Assembly (NCBI GenBank): GCA_002269645.1
Contig: NIVC01002660.1
Location: 1 to 64,000, forward strand
Direction: 5' to 3'
DNA from: Macrostomum lignano
Lineage: Eukaryota
DNA: 64,000 nucleotides
The first letter of the stretch is position 1. Each line of letters starts with the position of its first letter. Below, piece by piece: positions 1-8,486 of this stretch. The notes under the pieces were generated by a model. It made no database searches. It was not told the DNA's origin and saw only the letters and a list, made by a program, of their open reading frames with translations. Position numbers and translations under genes: made by a program.

Positions 1-832
1 TGTGTCTCTCAAGTAATTCAACTTTTGTAAGCTTTACGGAACCAGAAAAAATTAAGAGAATAATGGAAATAATATGAGGGATTGGGTATTTTTTCCTAAG
101 ATGTGCATTGCCCCTTCGTAGTTCAATGGTGCACTTTGTTCAACAGAACAGGTGTCCAGTTTGTTCCATTTAGGCTCACACAAACAGACCAACCAGGCCA
201 CACCTCTCCTTCCAACTTTATCTCTACAACTTTCCTAGCTCTTTTCAAAAATTGAAATCGTATCCACTTGTCTGAGTCATCTGCTGCACTGCTCCAATCT
301 GAAGCTGGGTTTGAATCTGCAACATGATATGCTGGCTGAAGAGTTATGAGAAGCGCGTCACTTTCATGTCAGAATGGGAAGCGTTTGAAGTCAGTAATGA
401 AAGAATATTGACTAATTTCGAACTCTCTGTACCTCCCGCAGTACCTTGCCATTCTGCTAACAAAGTGTCAATCTCAGTTTTAGAATACATCTTAGTGTCA
501 ATCTCAGTTTTAGAATACATCTTAGTGTCAATCTCAGTTTAGAATACATCTTAGTGTCAGTTTCGGTTTTTTGTGTAGACATTGTTTACGCGCGCCCATG
601 AGCATCGTCAATTAATTGTAGCATGGTGATATTCATTGGCGTCACTATCTTCCTTTGAATAAGAGTCTGAAACATTTCTCTTTGCTAACAATAAATTATC
701 TATTTCCTCTCTCTTATATCCTTCATTTTCATTGATGTAGCGATCATCAGCTAACGCTATTGTTATTCCAGGTGCTATATCATTTGAATTTGACGAGTAA
801 CCAAATTGATTGGCAGTATTCTTGTAACTCAT
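1..832 (-). pseudogene. Frameshifted fibre/receptor-binding-like gene (YxKxExD repeats plus discoidin-like C-terminal segment)
   Basis: ORF 608-832 has YKREEIDNLLLAKRNVSDSYSKEDSD. The next frame from 582 reads TETDTKMYSKTEIDTKMYSKTEIDTKMYSKTEIDTLL. Further frames give SDWSSAADDSDKWIRFQF, ARKVVEIKLEG...VSLNGTNWTPV and SVKLTKVELL. Several frameshifts are needed to join them. Confidence 0.55.
464..559. repeat. 30-bp tandem repeat, ~3 copies (encodes YSKTEIDTKM on the minus strand)
   Basis: Unit agtgtcaatctcagttttagaatacatctt is repeated directly. Confidence 0.9.
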
Positions 833-1260
833 TTTAATTGCTGCAAAATTTCGTTATAGCTATCTCCTTTATCGATTCGGTGTAAAAAGTACAGCGACAT
901 TTGACCACAATATTTCTTATCAAAAGTTTGAATTTGTTCTTCCATGTCTCCACATATTCTATTCTTTGTGTGATTAAACTTTTCCATAATTTCCAGTGTG
1001 GGCGGTAGTGCATAGGAATCAAAAAAATAAACCTTATCAGGAGCTGAAAATATAGCTGAATGATGTATACCCCGTTCTTTCGAAGTGTGAATATTTGTCA
1101 TAAAGTAACCATACTGTGGTAAATCAACAATTTCATCTCTCATGGCATAGCGAAATGGTTTTAACTTGAGATATTTTGCCCAATTCATCAGATCAATATT
1201 AGTCGTAGTGTCAGTCCCAAACTTTTGTTTAAATGCATTCCATGTCTCAGCTTCGCTCAT
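829..1260 (-). CDS. Adenain/Ulp1-like cysteine protease (Polinton maturation protease)
   Basis: RGIHHSAIF (His), YFFDSY (Asp) and QIQTFDKKYCG (Gln...Cys). The ATG at 1260 is preferred over the ORF-track start at 1269. Confidence 0.85.
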   Translation of the reverse strand: MSEAETWNAFKQKFGTDTTTNIDLMNWAKYLKLKPFRYAMRDEIVDLPQYGYFMTNIHTSKERGIHHSAIFSAPDKVYFFDSYALPPTLEIMEKFNHTKNRICGDMEEQIQTFDKKYCGQMSLYFLHRIDKGDSYNEILQQLK

Positions 1261-1269
1261 TTTTAACAC

Positions 1270-2061
1270 TCATATTTGTCGTATGTGAAGATTTATAAAT
1301 ATTTCCTCGCCATCAAAGTCGTATAGAACACCAGACTCATCTTCGATGACAAAGTCGAATGTGCTCAACATGTTTGTAGTTAGTGGTAGGTACACAGGAT
1401 TTGCGGGCTCTTGAATAATTTTACTTCCCATTGGGACAGAGAACGATGGAATTGAAAGAAGTATTTGCTTATCAATTAAATGATTTCCATTAGCTGGATC
1501 AGTGATAAACCCCCCTTTGGTATTTAGACAACGAACCATGATCGCACTTCTAGCTCCGTCTATCCGAGCTGGATTTGGAGCTCTCTCAAATGGTTTCAAA
1601 TACACTTCCGAATTGAATCCCAACAGTCTTCTAAAGTTATTGGAATGTGCATCCCTGAAATCAACTTGATAATCTGTGGCTAACCGTAACTCAACTCTAC
1701 GCGTGTCTAGGCTTGCACTGAAAACAATAGCCCCCTCTTTCCAATCATTTGCAGCTGTTAGCAATCTTTGAATCTCGCTTGACAGACTTTTAACTTCCCA
1801 AGATCCCGCTTGAATCTTTATTTTTTTCCATGTTCTACCACTATCCCTCGAGTATCGCAACTCATTATTGCCTCCTTCAATATTGTTAATAGCATCAAAG
1901 ACTGCAAACTTTTTTATACCAGCTTCGTATTCTCGATCTTCATACAAATTTATCGGAGTGCCTAGAGTTTGTCGAAATGGGTTTTTAATTGAAAAGAAGT
2001 CAAATGTGCGTTGAAACTTTTTACTCAAGAGGATGTTGACTTTTTCTATTTCTTTTTCCAT
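1270..2061 (-). CDS. Minor capsid protein (penton-like)
   Basis: 263 aa. PINLYEDREYEAG...INNIEGGNN...IKIQAGSWEV and C-terminal YLPL...IEDESG..YDFDGEEIFINLHIR match the pattern I recall for Polinton mCP. It lies next to the protease. Confidence 0.75.
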   Translation of the reverse strand: MEKEIEKVNILLSKKFQRTFDFFSIKNPFRQTLGTPINLYEDREYEAGIKKFAVFDAINNIEGGNNELRYSRDSGRTWKKIKIQAGSWEVKSLSSEIQRLLTAANDWKEGAIVFSASLDTRRVELRLATDYQVDFRDAHSNNFRRLLGFNSEVYLKPFERAPNPARIDGARSAIMVRCLNTKGGFITDPANGNHLIDKQILLSIPSFSVPMGSKIIQEPANPVYLPLTTNMLSTFDFVIEDESGVLYDFDGEEIFINLHIRQI

Positions 2062-2063
2062 TT

Positions 2064-2794
2064 TTAAGCAAGTAATTCTGCTAGCTCTTTATCAACATTA
2101 TTATGTCCTTCTGCTTGGCGGCTAATAAAGTTAACACTCTTTCACTGAGTCCAGATCCCGGTTTTACTCGATATCCTGGTGGATTATCTTTCAATATCCT
2201 TACTGCTTGCTTATAATTCCCACTTGATTTGGCCGCTGGATTTTTACAATGTTCAATGATGTTAACATAATCCTGCAATGTTTGCATCTTGAATTGCTTC
2301 AGCTCTTCACCATTTTCAGTTACTTTAGGCATTTTGAACAACTCTTCAAGATCTTCAGAAAATGGCATTCGAAATTCGTTGACAATGATGTCTCGACCTT
2401 GTTCATGGAATTCAACATCTATTACAGATGATCCAAATATATATCCAGCATCAGTTTTTTGAATCCGTATACTAGGCGCTGGTCTTTGAGTTATTTGAAT
2501 CTTTCCAATTTCTTCAATTATTTTGTCAAATACTTCTAGGGGTTCAAATCGGCCTTTTGGTGTACTTGATTGCGGAACTGGAACTTTTTGATTCTGAAGT
2601 TTATCAACAAGGTTGGCATTGACATCAATAAATTCATCGAGCTTTTCTGTGACAGGTTTTTGAGCTAATGGAGCCACTCTTGCATATAAACTCTCTTCTC
2701 CAATTTTCAAATAGCGTTGAGCATCATTTCTGGATTTGTACGTTTCTCGCTGCTTTGCTAAATTAATGAGTTCTCTTATATATTCATTAGTCAT
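2064..2794 (-). CDS. Conserved Polinton/adintovirus hypothetical protein; C-terminus probably frameshifted
   Basis: The ORF as given ends at 2081. Restoring one A near 2108 gives GSGLSERVLTLLAAKAEGHNNVDKELAELLA*, ending at the TAA 2 nt before the penton ATG. Confidence 0.6.
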
Positions 2795-2796
2795 TT

Positions 2797-3570
2797 TTAC
2801 AATGGGATTTTAGTTAGAACATCCTTATACAAATCTTGCTCATCCTCATCAGCTCTTGTATTTATATAGATATAGCCATACTTCTTTTTCCAAGCCTCTC
2901 TACATTTAGCCTTGAATATAGCGGGTTCATAATTCGTTTCTATATTTCTAGCAATGTGATTTAAGTTTGTATCTTTTTGTTTAAAGATTATGTAACATGT
3001 CGTATTCTCCCTGACAGTATTGCGATCTAGTTTGGTAAAATTTTGAGCTAGATAAAAACCACAACAGTTTCCATGCCTGCCTCTCTGAAACAGACTTTCC
3101 TGAAATGTTTGATTAGCCTCTCCCAAAACATCATCCAATATCACACATGTCTTTAGTCCATTATGAAAAATTTCTTCATTTGGAGTATGGGAAAGAGTGA
3201 CAGGAATTTTCTCTATTACTTCTGAATTTTCTGATGTGCTTTGCACTCGACCAGGGTTGGCTGCCTCTCGACAAATATGTCTAATATCTTCAGGAGATGC
3301 ATCCTCACTCACCTGGTAGACATGATAGAGTGAGTTGATAAGAGAAGGTGGGAGACCATTTTCAAAGCCATATTTTAGAAACTGATACTCTGGATCCATT
3401 TGAGATGCTCTGGGAACATATAAAACTAACTCATTAAAGTCAACTAGTTTTTCAGGACTTGTAAGAATATGGAATAGTAAATATGTTTTACCCGTATTTG
3501 TAGCGCCGATAATACAACATAAAAGAGGATTAGGGAAAATAGGATCATGCTGAAATTTTACTTTGGGCAT
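2797..3570 (-). CDS. A32/FtsK-like DNA packaging ATPase
   Basis: Walker A GATNTGKT, Walker B VILDD, RGRH motif, LAQN, RENTTCYIIFKQ. Confidence 0.92.
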   Translation of the reverse strand: MPKVKFQHDPIFPNPLLCCIIGATNTGKTYLLFHILTSPEKLVDFNELVLYVPRASQMDPEYQFLKYGFENGLPPSLINSLYHVYQVSEDASPEDIRHICREAANPGRVQSTSENSEVIEKIPVTLSHTPNEEIFHNGLKTCVILDDVLGEANQTFQESLFQRGRHGNCCGFYLAQNFTKLDRNTVRENTTCYIIFKQKDTNLNHIARNIETNYEPAIFKAKCREAWKKKYGYIYINTRADEDEQDLYKDVLTKIPL

Positions 3571-3591
3571 TTAAAAAAAGAAAAAATGACC

Positions 3592-4957
3592 TTATTCGAC
3601 GCGGGTCATTTGATATTCACTGGTAACTTTTATTACATTCTTTGTTTGTTCAAGAATTAGTGCAAAAGCAGTCAGCTCAACATTTGTTGACTTCTTGATA
3701 AATAATTGAATATTCACTCCACTCTTGACCAGAAACTCATCTTGAGCTGTTAGATCAAAGCAAAAGATTGGATAGATGGTTAGAAAGTCTTGTTTATTGA
3801 ATGGAGGAGTTACACCGAAACGGCTGCAGATGTCTTCGTACATTTCATACGCTCTGTGAATGTCTTGAGCTACTGGATCAATTTCAACATAATCATTCGG
3901 ATACATCACCTGATTTAATCTGACTTGAAGCTGGGTTATTTTCACTGCATTTGCTCCAGTTTTGTAAGACACATACTTGTGATCATTAACTATATATGAT
4001 GGGTTGTTTACGTCATATTTGAAAGCTACAAAGATTGCAAGTGGCATATTGGAGATGTTGGCTATGTTCCATGTATATGGACTTCCTTGAATGAGTTGTG
4101 GCGGAACCGTTACCCTCTCTGGAAATGATACTGTAATGTCCTTGTTGAGTGATTTTAGAAAAGCTGCTTCAGCACTGGGTGACAAAGTAATAGCAGGGAT
4201 CCAAATCTCAAAGCTATTAATAGTTAACTTAGCTTCCGTCCCGGCAGCTCCAAAGAAAATTTCAGCATCGTTAGTCTTTCTTGTCCATGTGAATTTATAT
4301 TTAATTCCTTTGCTAATCTTCTGCCAATCAAGGAACCCAATGAGGGGTGTTAATGATAGTTTGATTGTTCCACCTCTGTTTGGAGCATTAGTGACATTGT
4401 TATAATTTTCAAGCCTCCTAATGTATCCAGTATTCGAATCCTTCTTATTGAGTCTATTTTTCATAGCGATTGCTGCAGTTCTCACAGCTTCAGCATCTGC
4501 GTTGTTTGCTAGAGCTATATCAGAAACAGTCCCAGCATCTCCAGTGTCTGGAATCCATCCGTATGCTTCTCCAACTTCATTCATCAATTTTGAGTACATT
4601 ACGGACTTTAAGATTGTGTCATACTCTCCAGGATCATTATAGACTTTCTTTGTTCCTCCAATGTCAACTATGAGTTGAGAGAAAAGTCTCATAGGCCAAT
4701 TATGTTCTAGAGTAATGTTCGTATTCAAGTCGGTGTTTATCTCTTTGTGTTATTGAGTATTTTATACAACCGAATGCCTCTGACATGAGAATGTATGACT
4801 CTGTTGAATTGACTTCATGAACTATTTGACCTCCTGCAACATTGAGATTATTAGTGCTACCTGGTGTTGGAGAAATCTTAATATAGTCTTCTTTCTTTTT
4901 GAAAAAGCTAAAAGTTTTGTCCTCATATAGGTTCAGTATATCCTTTTTGTTCTCCAT
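3592..4957 (-). CDS. Major capsid protein (hexon-like), split by one frameshift around 4729-4765
   Basis: The 4700-4957 ORF (LNVAGGQIVHEVNSTESYILMSEAF) and the 3592-4728 ORF (ITLEHNWPMRLFSQLIVDIGG...NDPG; QVRLNQVMYP; YPIFCFDLT) overlap in different frames and join to about 455 aa. Confidence 0.85.
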
Positions 4958-4977
4958 TTTTATACGAGAAATTTCAA

Positions 4978-5430
4978 CTAAGCTTCGTGAGGTCTAAGAA
5001 TTATCCCATTACCCTGTTTCTCCTTTTCAACTTTAAAAGTCTTTAGCAGCCACTTGACTGCTTCGCTGGGTACTTGTTCGACTCTTTTAGCCGCATCAAC
5101 TAACACTCCACTCCCTTGAGCCTTTTTCAACTCTTCTAGTTTTTGTCGTTCAATGCTTTCTATTGTCTTATTATGCTTAGCATTGTTGGCTGTATTAACA
5201 CTTTTTGCAATCATTGTACCAACTCCGGAGGCTGCTCCGATACCACCCAATATTGCTGGTAGTAAGCCTAATAGAGGAATTATTCCACCTTCATGTTCTT
5301 TCTGTTTCTCTTGCAATTCTCGAATCTTCTCTTTAGAAAGATATTGCTTTTGCTTATTTACAGTAACATATCTTGGTTTTCCCTCTCGAACATATCGATT
5401 GAGTCTTGCTTCAGTGTTTTTCTCGCTCAT
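4978..5430 (-). CDS. Small virion-core protein with adenovirus pX-like hydrophobic segment
   Basis: Basic N-terminus, then EGGIIPLLGLLPAILGGIGAASGVG, resembling the adenoviral pX C-terminal GGILPLLIPLIAAAIGA pattern (from memory). Confidence 0.6.
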   Translation of the reverse strand: MSEKNTEARLNRYVREGKPRYVTVNKQKQYLSKEKIRELQEKQKEHEGGIIPLLGLLPAILGGIGAASGVGTMIAKSVNTANNAKHNKTIESIERQKLEELKKAQGSGVLVDAAKRVEQVPSEAVKWLLKTFKVEKEKQGNGIILRPHEA

Positions 5431-5438
5431 TTTTAAGG

Positions 5439-5861
5439 TCAGAATTTCTTCAAACCATTGCCTTGTCTCAAAGACACTTGAGACTGTTCTGCTGTTCCTA
5501 GAGCCTTTTTAACAATATCTTGAATAGCCTTATTTGATTGAGAAGCTATCTGTTGCTCTTCTTCCATTCTTTTCTTTGCTTCTTTATCTCTACGTTTCTT
5601 TTTAATATATTCCAGTTCCTCACCTGCTTTAGACATGTCACTGTATGATTTCTTCGCATCGAATATGTTCTTCGCTGTGGTAGCTGTTTTACCTATTGCA
5701 TCAGCTCCACTCACAATTTTACTTCCATGATTTGATAAAAAGTTTGTGACACCACTGATCATATCACCAATTCCTTCACCCTCTTTATCAGCTAGTAGTT
5801 GTGAATCAGACGTTTCAATCTGACCTTTCGCCCGTTTGCAGTTTGTTCGATAGGCGCTCAT
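5439..5861 (-). CDS. Small protein with amphipathic-helix segment (cupiennin-like class of adintovirus genes)
   Basis: Likely start MSAYRTN at 5861 (CTAAAAATG). Contains GEGIGDMISGVTNFLSNHGSKIVSGADAIGKTATTAKNIF, then a charged coiled coil. Confidence 0.55.
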   Translation of the reverse strand: MSAYRTNCKRAKGQIETSDSQLLADKEGEGIGDMISGVTNFLSNHGSKIVSGADAIGKTATTAKNIFDAKKSYSDMSKAGEELEYIKKKRRDKEAKKRMEEEQQIASQSNKAIQDIVKKALGTAEQSQVSLRQGNGLKKF

Positions 5862-7173
5862 TTTTAGTTGAAAAATTTGCTGGTAGAAGCTGGGATTTGT
5901 AAAATGATCCAATGATTTCTTCTCCATTCTCATCCTCAATAATGTAGGTTATGGGATTGGAGTAAACTATTTTCTTTATCCTAAACACTTCTGAAATTTT
6001 CCAATATCCTCTTCGACCCTTTTCAAAGTGCTCCTTATATCTATAGATATGAACTTTGTCACCTACTTTGAAGTTTGGTTTCTCATTTGAATACTCGAAA
6101 GTTGGCTTTGGTACTCGCTCAGGATGTTTAGATGCTTCTGAAGGAGTTATCAGAATCTCAGAATGGATTGTGTTGTTGTATTTTTCAACAATAGCTGGCA
6201 ATGTGTGGAGCCACTTCTGATTACCCTGTAGATCAAATTCAAACCAGAGTTTATTTGTGAGAGTACGATTGAACCTCTCAATCATTGCATTCTTGGACTC
6301 GCCATAAATTGAAAACATCTTGTTAATATATTCACCCCTTTCATCCTTCTTTCTAATGTTGTCTTTTGAAAACGAGTATAGCTTGTACATATGCTGATTA
6401 TAAAACTCCTTGCCTTCATCTACACAAAGTCTCTCTGATCGTCTTCCTGATTCCTTAAATACTTTTTGGAAAGCTTCTGCAACTTCCGCTCCCGTCTTTG
6501 TTTTCAAAGGAACTGCCCAGGCGTAACGTGTAAAACCATCTATGATAGTGAGAGCATATTTGTAACCTCTTTCGGGCGGTAGGATAATGATATCTGCATG
6601 CCAAATTGTGTCTTTTGCATAGTGAATCATTTTTCTAAATACTCTTGGCTTTCTGTATTCCCTATGCAATTTTACTGCATCTTCATAGCTAAGACCCTTA
6701 CCATAAATTGTTAGACAGTCTATACAATTGTTGGGGTTGTGAGTATGAATTCCTAATCCAAACCGAACTTTAGCATTGATAATACGCTTTATTAGATTTC
6801 TAATGAGTCTCTCCTTTACCGACAAGTCGCTGGTTGGAATAGCATCTAAATCAGCTATCATTTTTTCATCAGCAATATGCTTCTTTGCTAGGGCTTCCTC
6901 TGGAGTTGAAGACGTCTTTACAGCATCTCTATAGCTTTTGTCATGATAGTAAGCAGTCCAATCAATTGGATTAATTGGTAGACTATCATACCGAGGCCAG
7001 TCTGTAGTTGGATTGAGTCTCTTGTCTAAATTTGTACCTGGGCCAGTGAAAGAATACCCTGGAATATGAAATTCGCCAGGATATTTTCCAGTGGCGAAGA
7101 TGGGTGGTAGTTTTGTTATAGCTGACTGAATATCCAATGCAGAACCTAGAAATAATGGTTTACTGAAGGCCAT
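5815..7173 (-). CDS. Parvovirus-VP1u-type phospholipase A2 domain fused to retroviral-type DDE integrase
   Basis: N-terminal HIPGYSFTGPGTNLDKRL...PIDWTAYYHDKSY. Integrase core WHAD, LCVDEGKEF and IERFNRTL, then FKVGDKV. Confidence 0.9.
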   Translation of the reverse strand: MAFSKPLFLGSALDIQSAITKLPPIFATGKYPGEFHIPGYSFTGPGTNLDKRLNPTTDWPRYDSLPINPIDWTAYYHDKSYRDAVKTSSTPEEALAKKHIADEKMIADLDAIPTSDLSVKERLIRNLIKRIINAKVRFGLGIHTHNPNNCIDCLTIYGKGLSYEDAVKLHREYRKPRVFRKMIHYAKDTIWHADIIILPPERGYKYALTIIDGFTRYAWAVPLKTKTGAEVAEAFQKVFKESGRRSERLCVDEGKEFYNQHMYKLYSFSKDNIRKKDERGEYINKMFSIYGESKNAMIERFNRTLTNKLWFEFDLQGNQKWLHTLPAIVEKYNNTIHSEILITPSEASKHPERVPKPTFEYSNEKPNFKVGDKVHIYRYKEHFEKGRRGYWKISEVFRIKKIVYSNPITYIIEDENGEEIIGSFYKSQLLPANFSTKNERLSNKLQTGERSD

Positions 7174-7206
7174 TTTTATAAAAATAAATTTAAGTAATCT
7201 ACAGAC

Positions 7207-7405
7207 TTAGGCTGCGTTAACTGCTGTAGCAATAGAGCCTGCTGCTGCACCTGCCTGTTCTATGAAAGGTAGATTTGTCTTTTACTAAGTTGGATATGGT
7301 GCTTATAGTATCAAAAAAGACCTTCTCCATTATACTCTAGTGGTTCGCCTATTGTATAGTCTCTTATCTTGCATGATTCTGTAACGTGGTGCGCTTCGTG
7401 TCTTT
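7207..7405 (-). pseudogene. Cryptic indel-disrupted small ORF, apparent paralogue of the 5439-5861 amphipathic protein
   Basis: Four single-base corrections give MTRSAPRYRIMQDKRLYNRRTTRVYGEGLFDTISTISNLVKDNLPFIEQAGAAAGSIATAVNAA*. Confidence 0.5.
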
Positions 7406-7945
7406 TTAGAAAGGGGGGTGAACACAATAGACTAGCATGAGACGCTCCTATTGGTTGCCAAAACCAAAACTTTTTTGGCAGAAATTTTGGTCGCAAGATT
7501 TGGCAGAAATTTTGGCAGCCAATAGCAATGTTCAGTGCTGCGGTTATGTATAGTTAGTTTGGTGAGTTCCTGCGAGAGCCTATTTGACCATACGCTTCAC
7601 TCAGTGTGGGTTTCGCACGACGTTAAAGCTGAGTCACAATATAAAAATTGCTTTGAGGAGAATTTCTCCTGCTATTTGTTCCATTTTTAAGATACATAAT
7701 TTAGAAAAGGGTTAGTGAAATCGTCCGTAGGTAGGGTCGCGAGAGCATTGTTCGTTTGTAACTTGCGTGGCCCACTTCATGTCTTTTTTTACAGCTAGAT
7801 AGAGGGTGAACACAAAAGATTTGCACGAGCCACTCCTATTGGCTGCCAAAACCAAACACTTTTTGGCAGAAATTTTGGCAAAAATTTTGGTTTTGGCAGA
7901 AATTTTGGCAGCCAATAGAAATGTTGAGTGCTGCGGTTAGTGCTC
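7404..7945. repeat. Two diverged ~140-bp direct repeats, each containing a 16-bp inverted-repeat pair
   Basis: Copies at ~7410-7556 and ~7803-7940. Arms are ctattgg(t/c)tgccaaaa (7448-7463, 7836-7851) and ttttggcagccaatag (7510-7525, 7903-7918). Confidence 0.85.
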
Positions 7946-8486
7946 TAGTAGTCGAGTATGCATGCCACGAAAAATTTAAATTAGCGCTCCATGTTCTTGA
8001 ATGTCTTCTATTATCTTTAAGTACAAATCTAGAACAGCATTAAAGCCATTTCAAAGCCTCGGGACAAAGCGAATGTGCAGGAGCAAATTATTGACTTTTG
8101 TAAAAGCATTGAATGCCTCGAGTGGACAATTTTTATGCATAGATGGTAGCTGACTGATCGTTAAAAGCAAAGCTAGTAAGATTGGCTTATTGAAGGGCGT
8201 TATGCAATGGGAGAAAAGACTATTATTAAATTTGATGCTAGTTTTGAAATGATGAAACCTGAAAATAGGTTATTTTAACCCACGAATCAAAAATTTCTTG
8301 TGGTTTTACTCACGAAATCGCGCAAAAAGCAATTTTTCGAAACTTTTGAAAAATCACTAAAATCACTGTTTTCAGACAATTTTCACCTGTTTTTAGTCGA
8401 TTTTTATCTGTTTTTTGTGATTTTTCAAAATGGGTTGCGCTCAAACCTACTTTTCCTATACTACTAATCTTTCTGCCCGTTTCCAG

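Larger units (their letters stand above)
1..7950 (-). mobile_element. Endogenous Polinton/Maverick (adintovirus-like) element, partial; continues beyond position 1
   Basis: Tight AT-rich, intronless, co-oriented cluster of retroviral-type integrase, double-jelly-roll-type MCP, A32/FtsK ATPase, minor capsid and adenain-like protease, which is the Polinton gene set. The right boundary is estimated from the end of a repeat block near 7945. TIR and TSD were not identified. Confidence 0.92.

Noticed and set aside
7940-7965. agtagt as the Polinton terminus
   Set aside because: Wrong orientation for a right end on this strand, and it cannot be tested without the other end.
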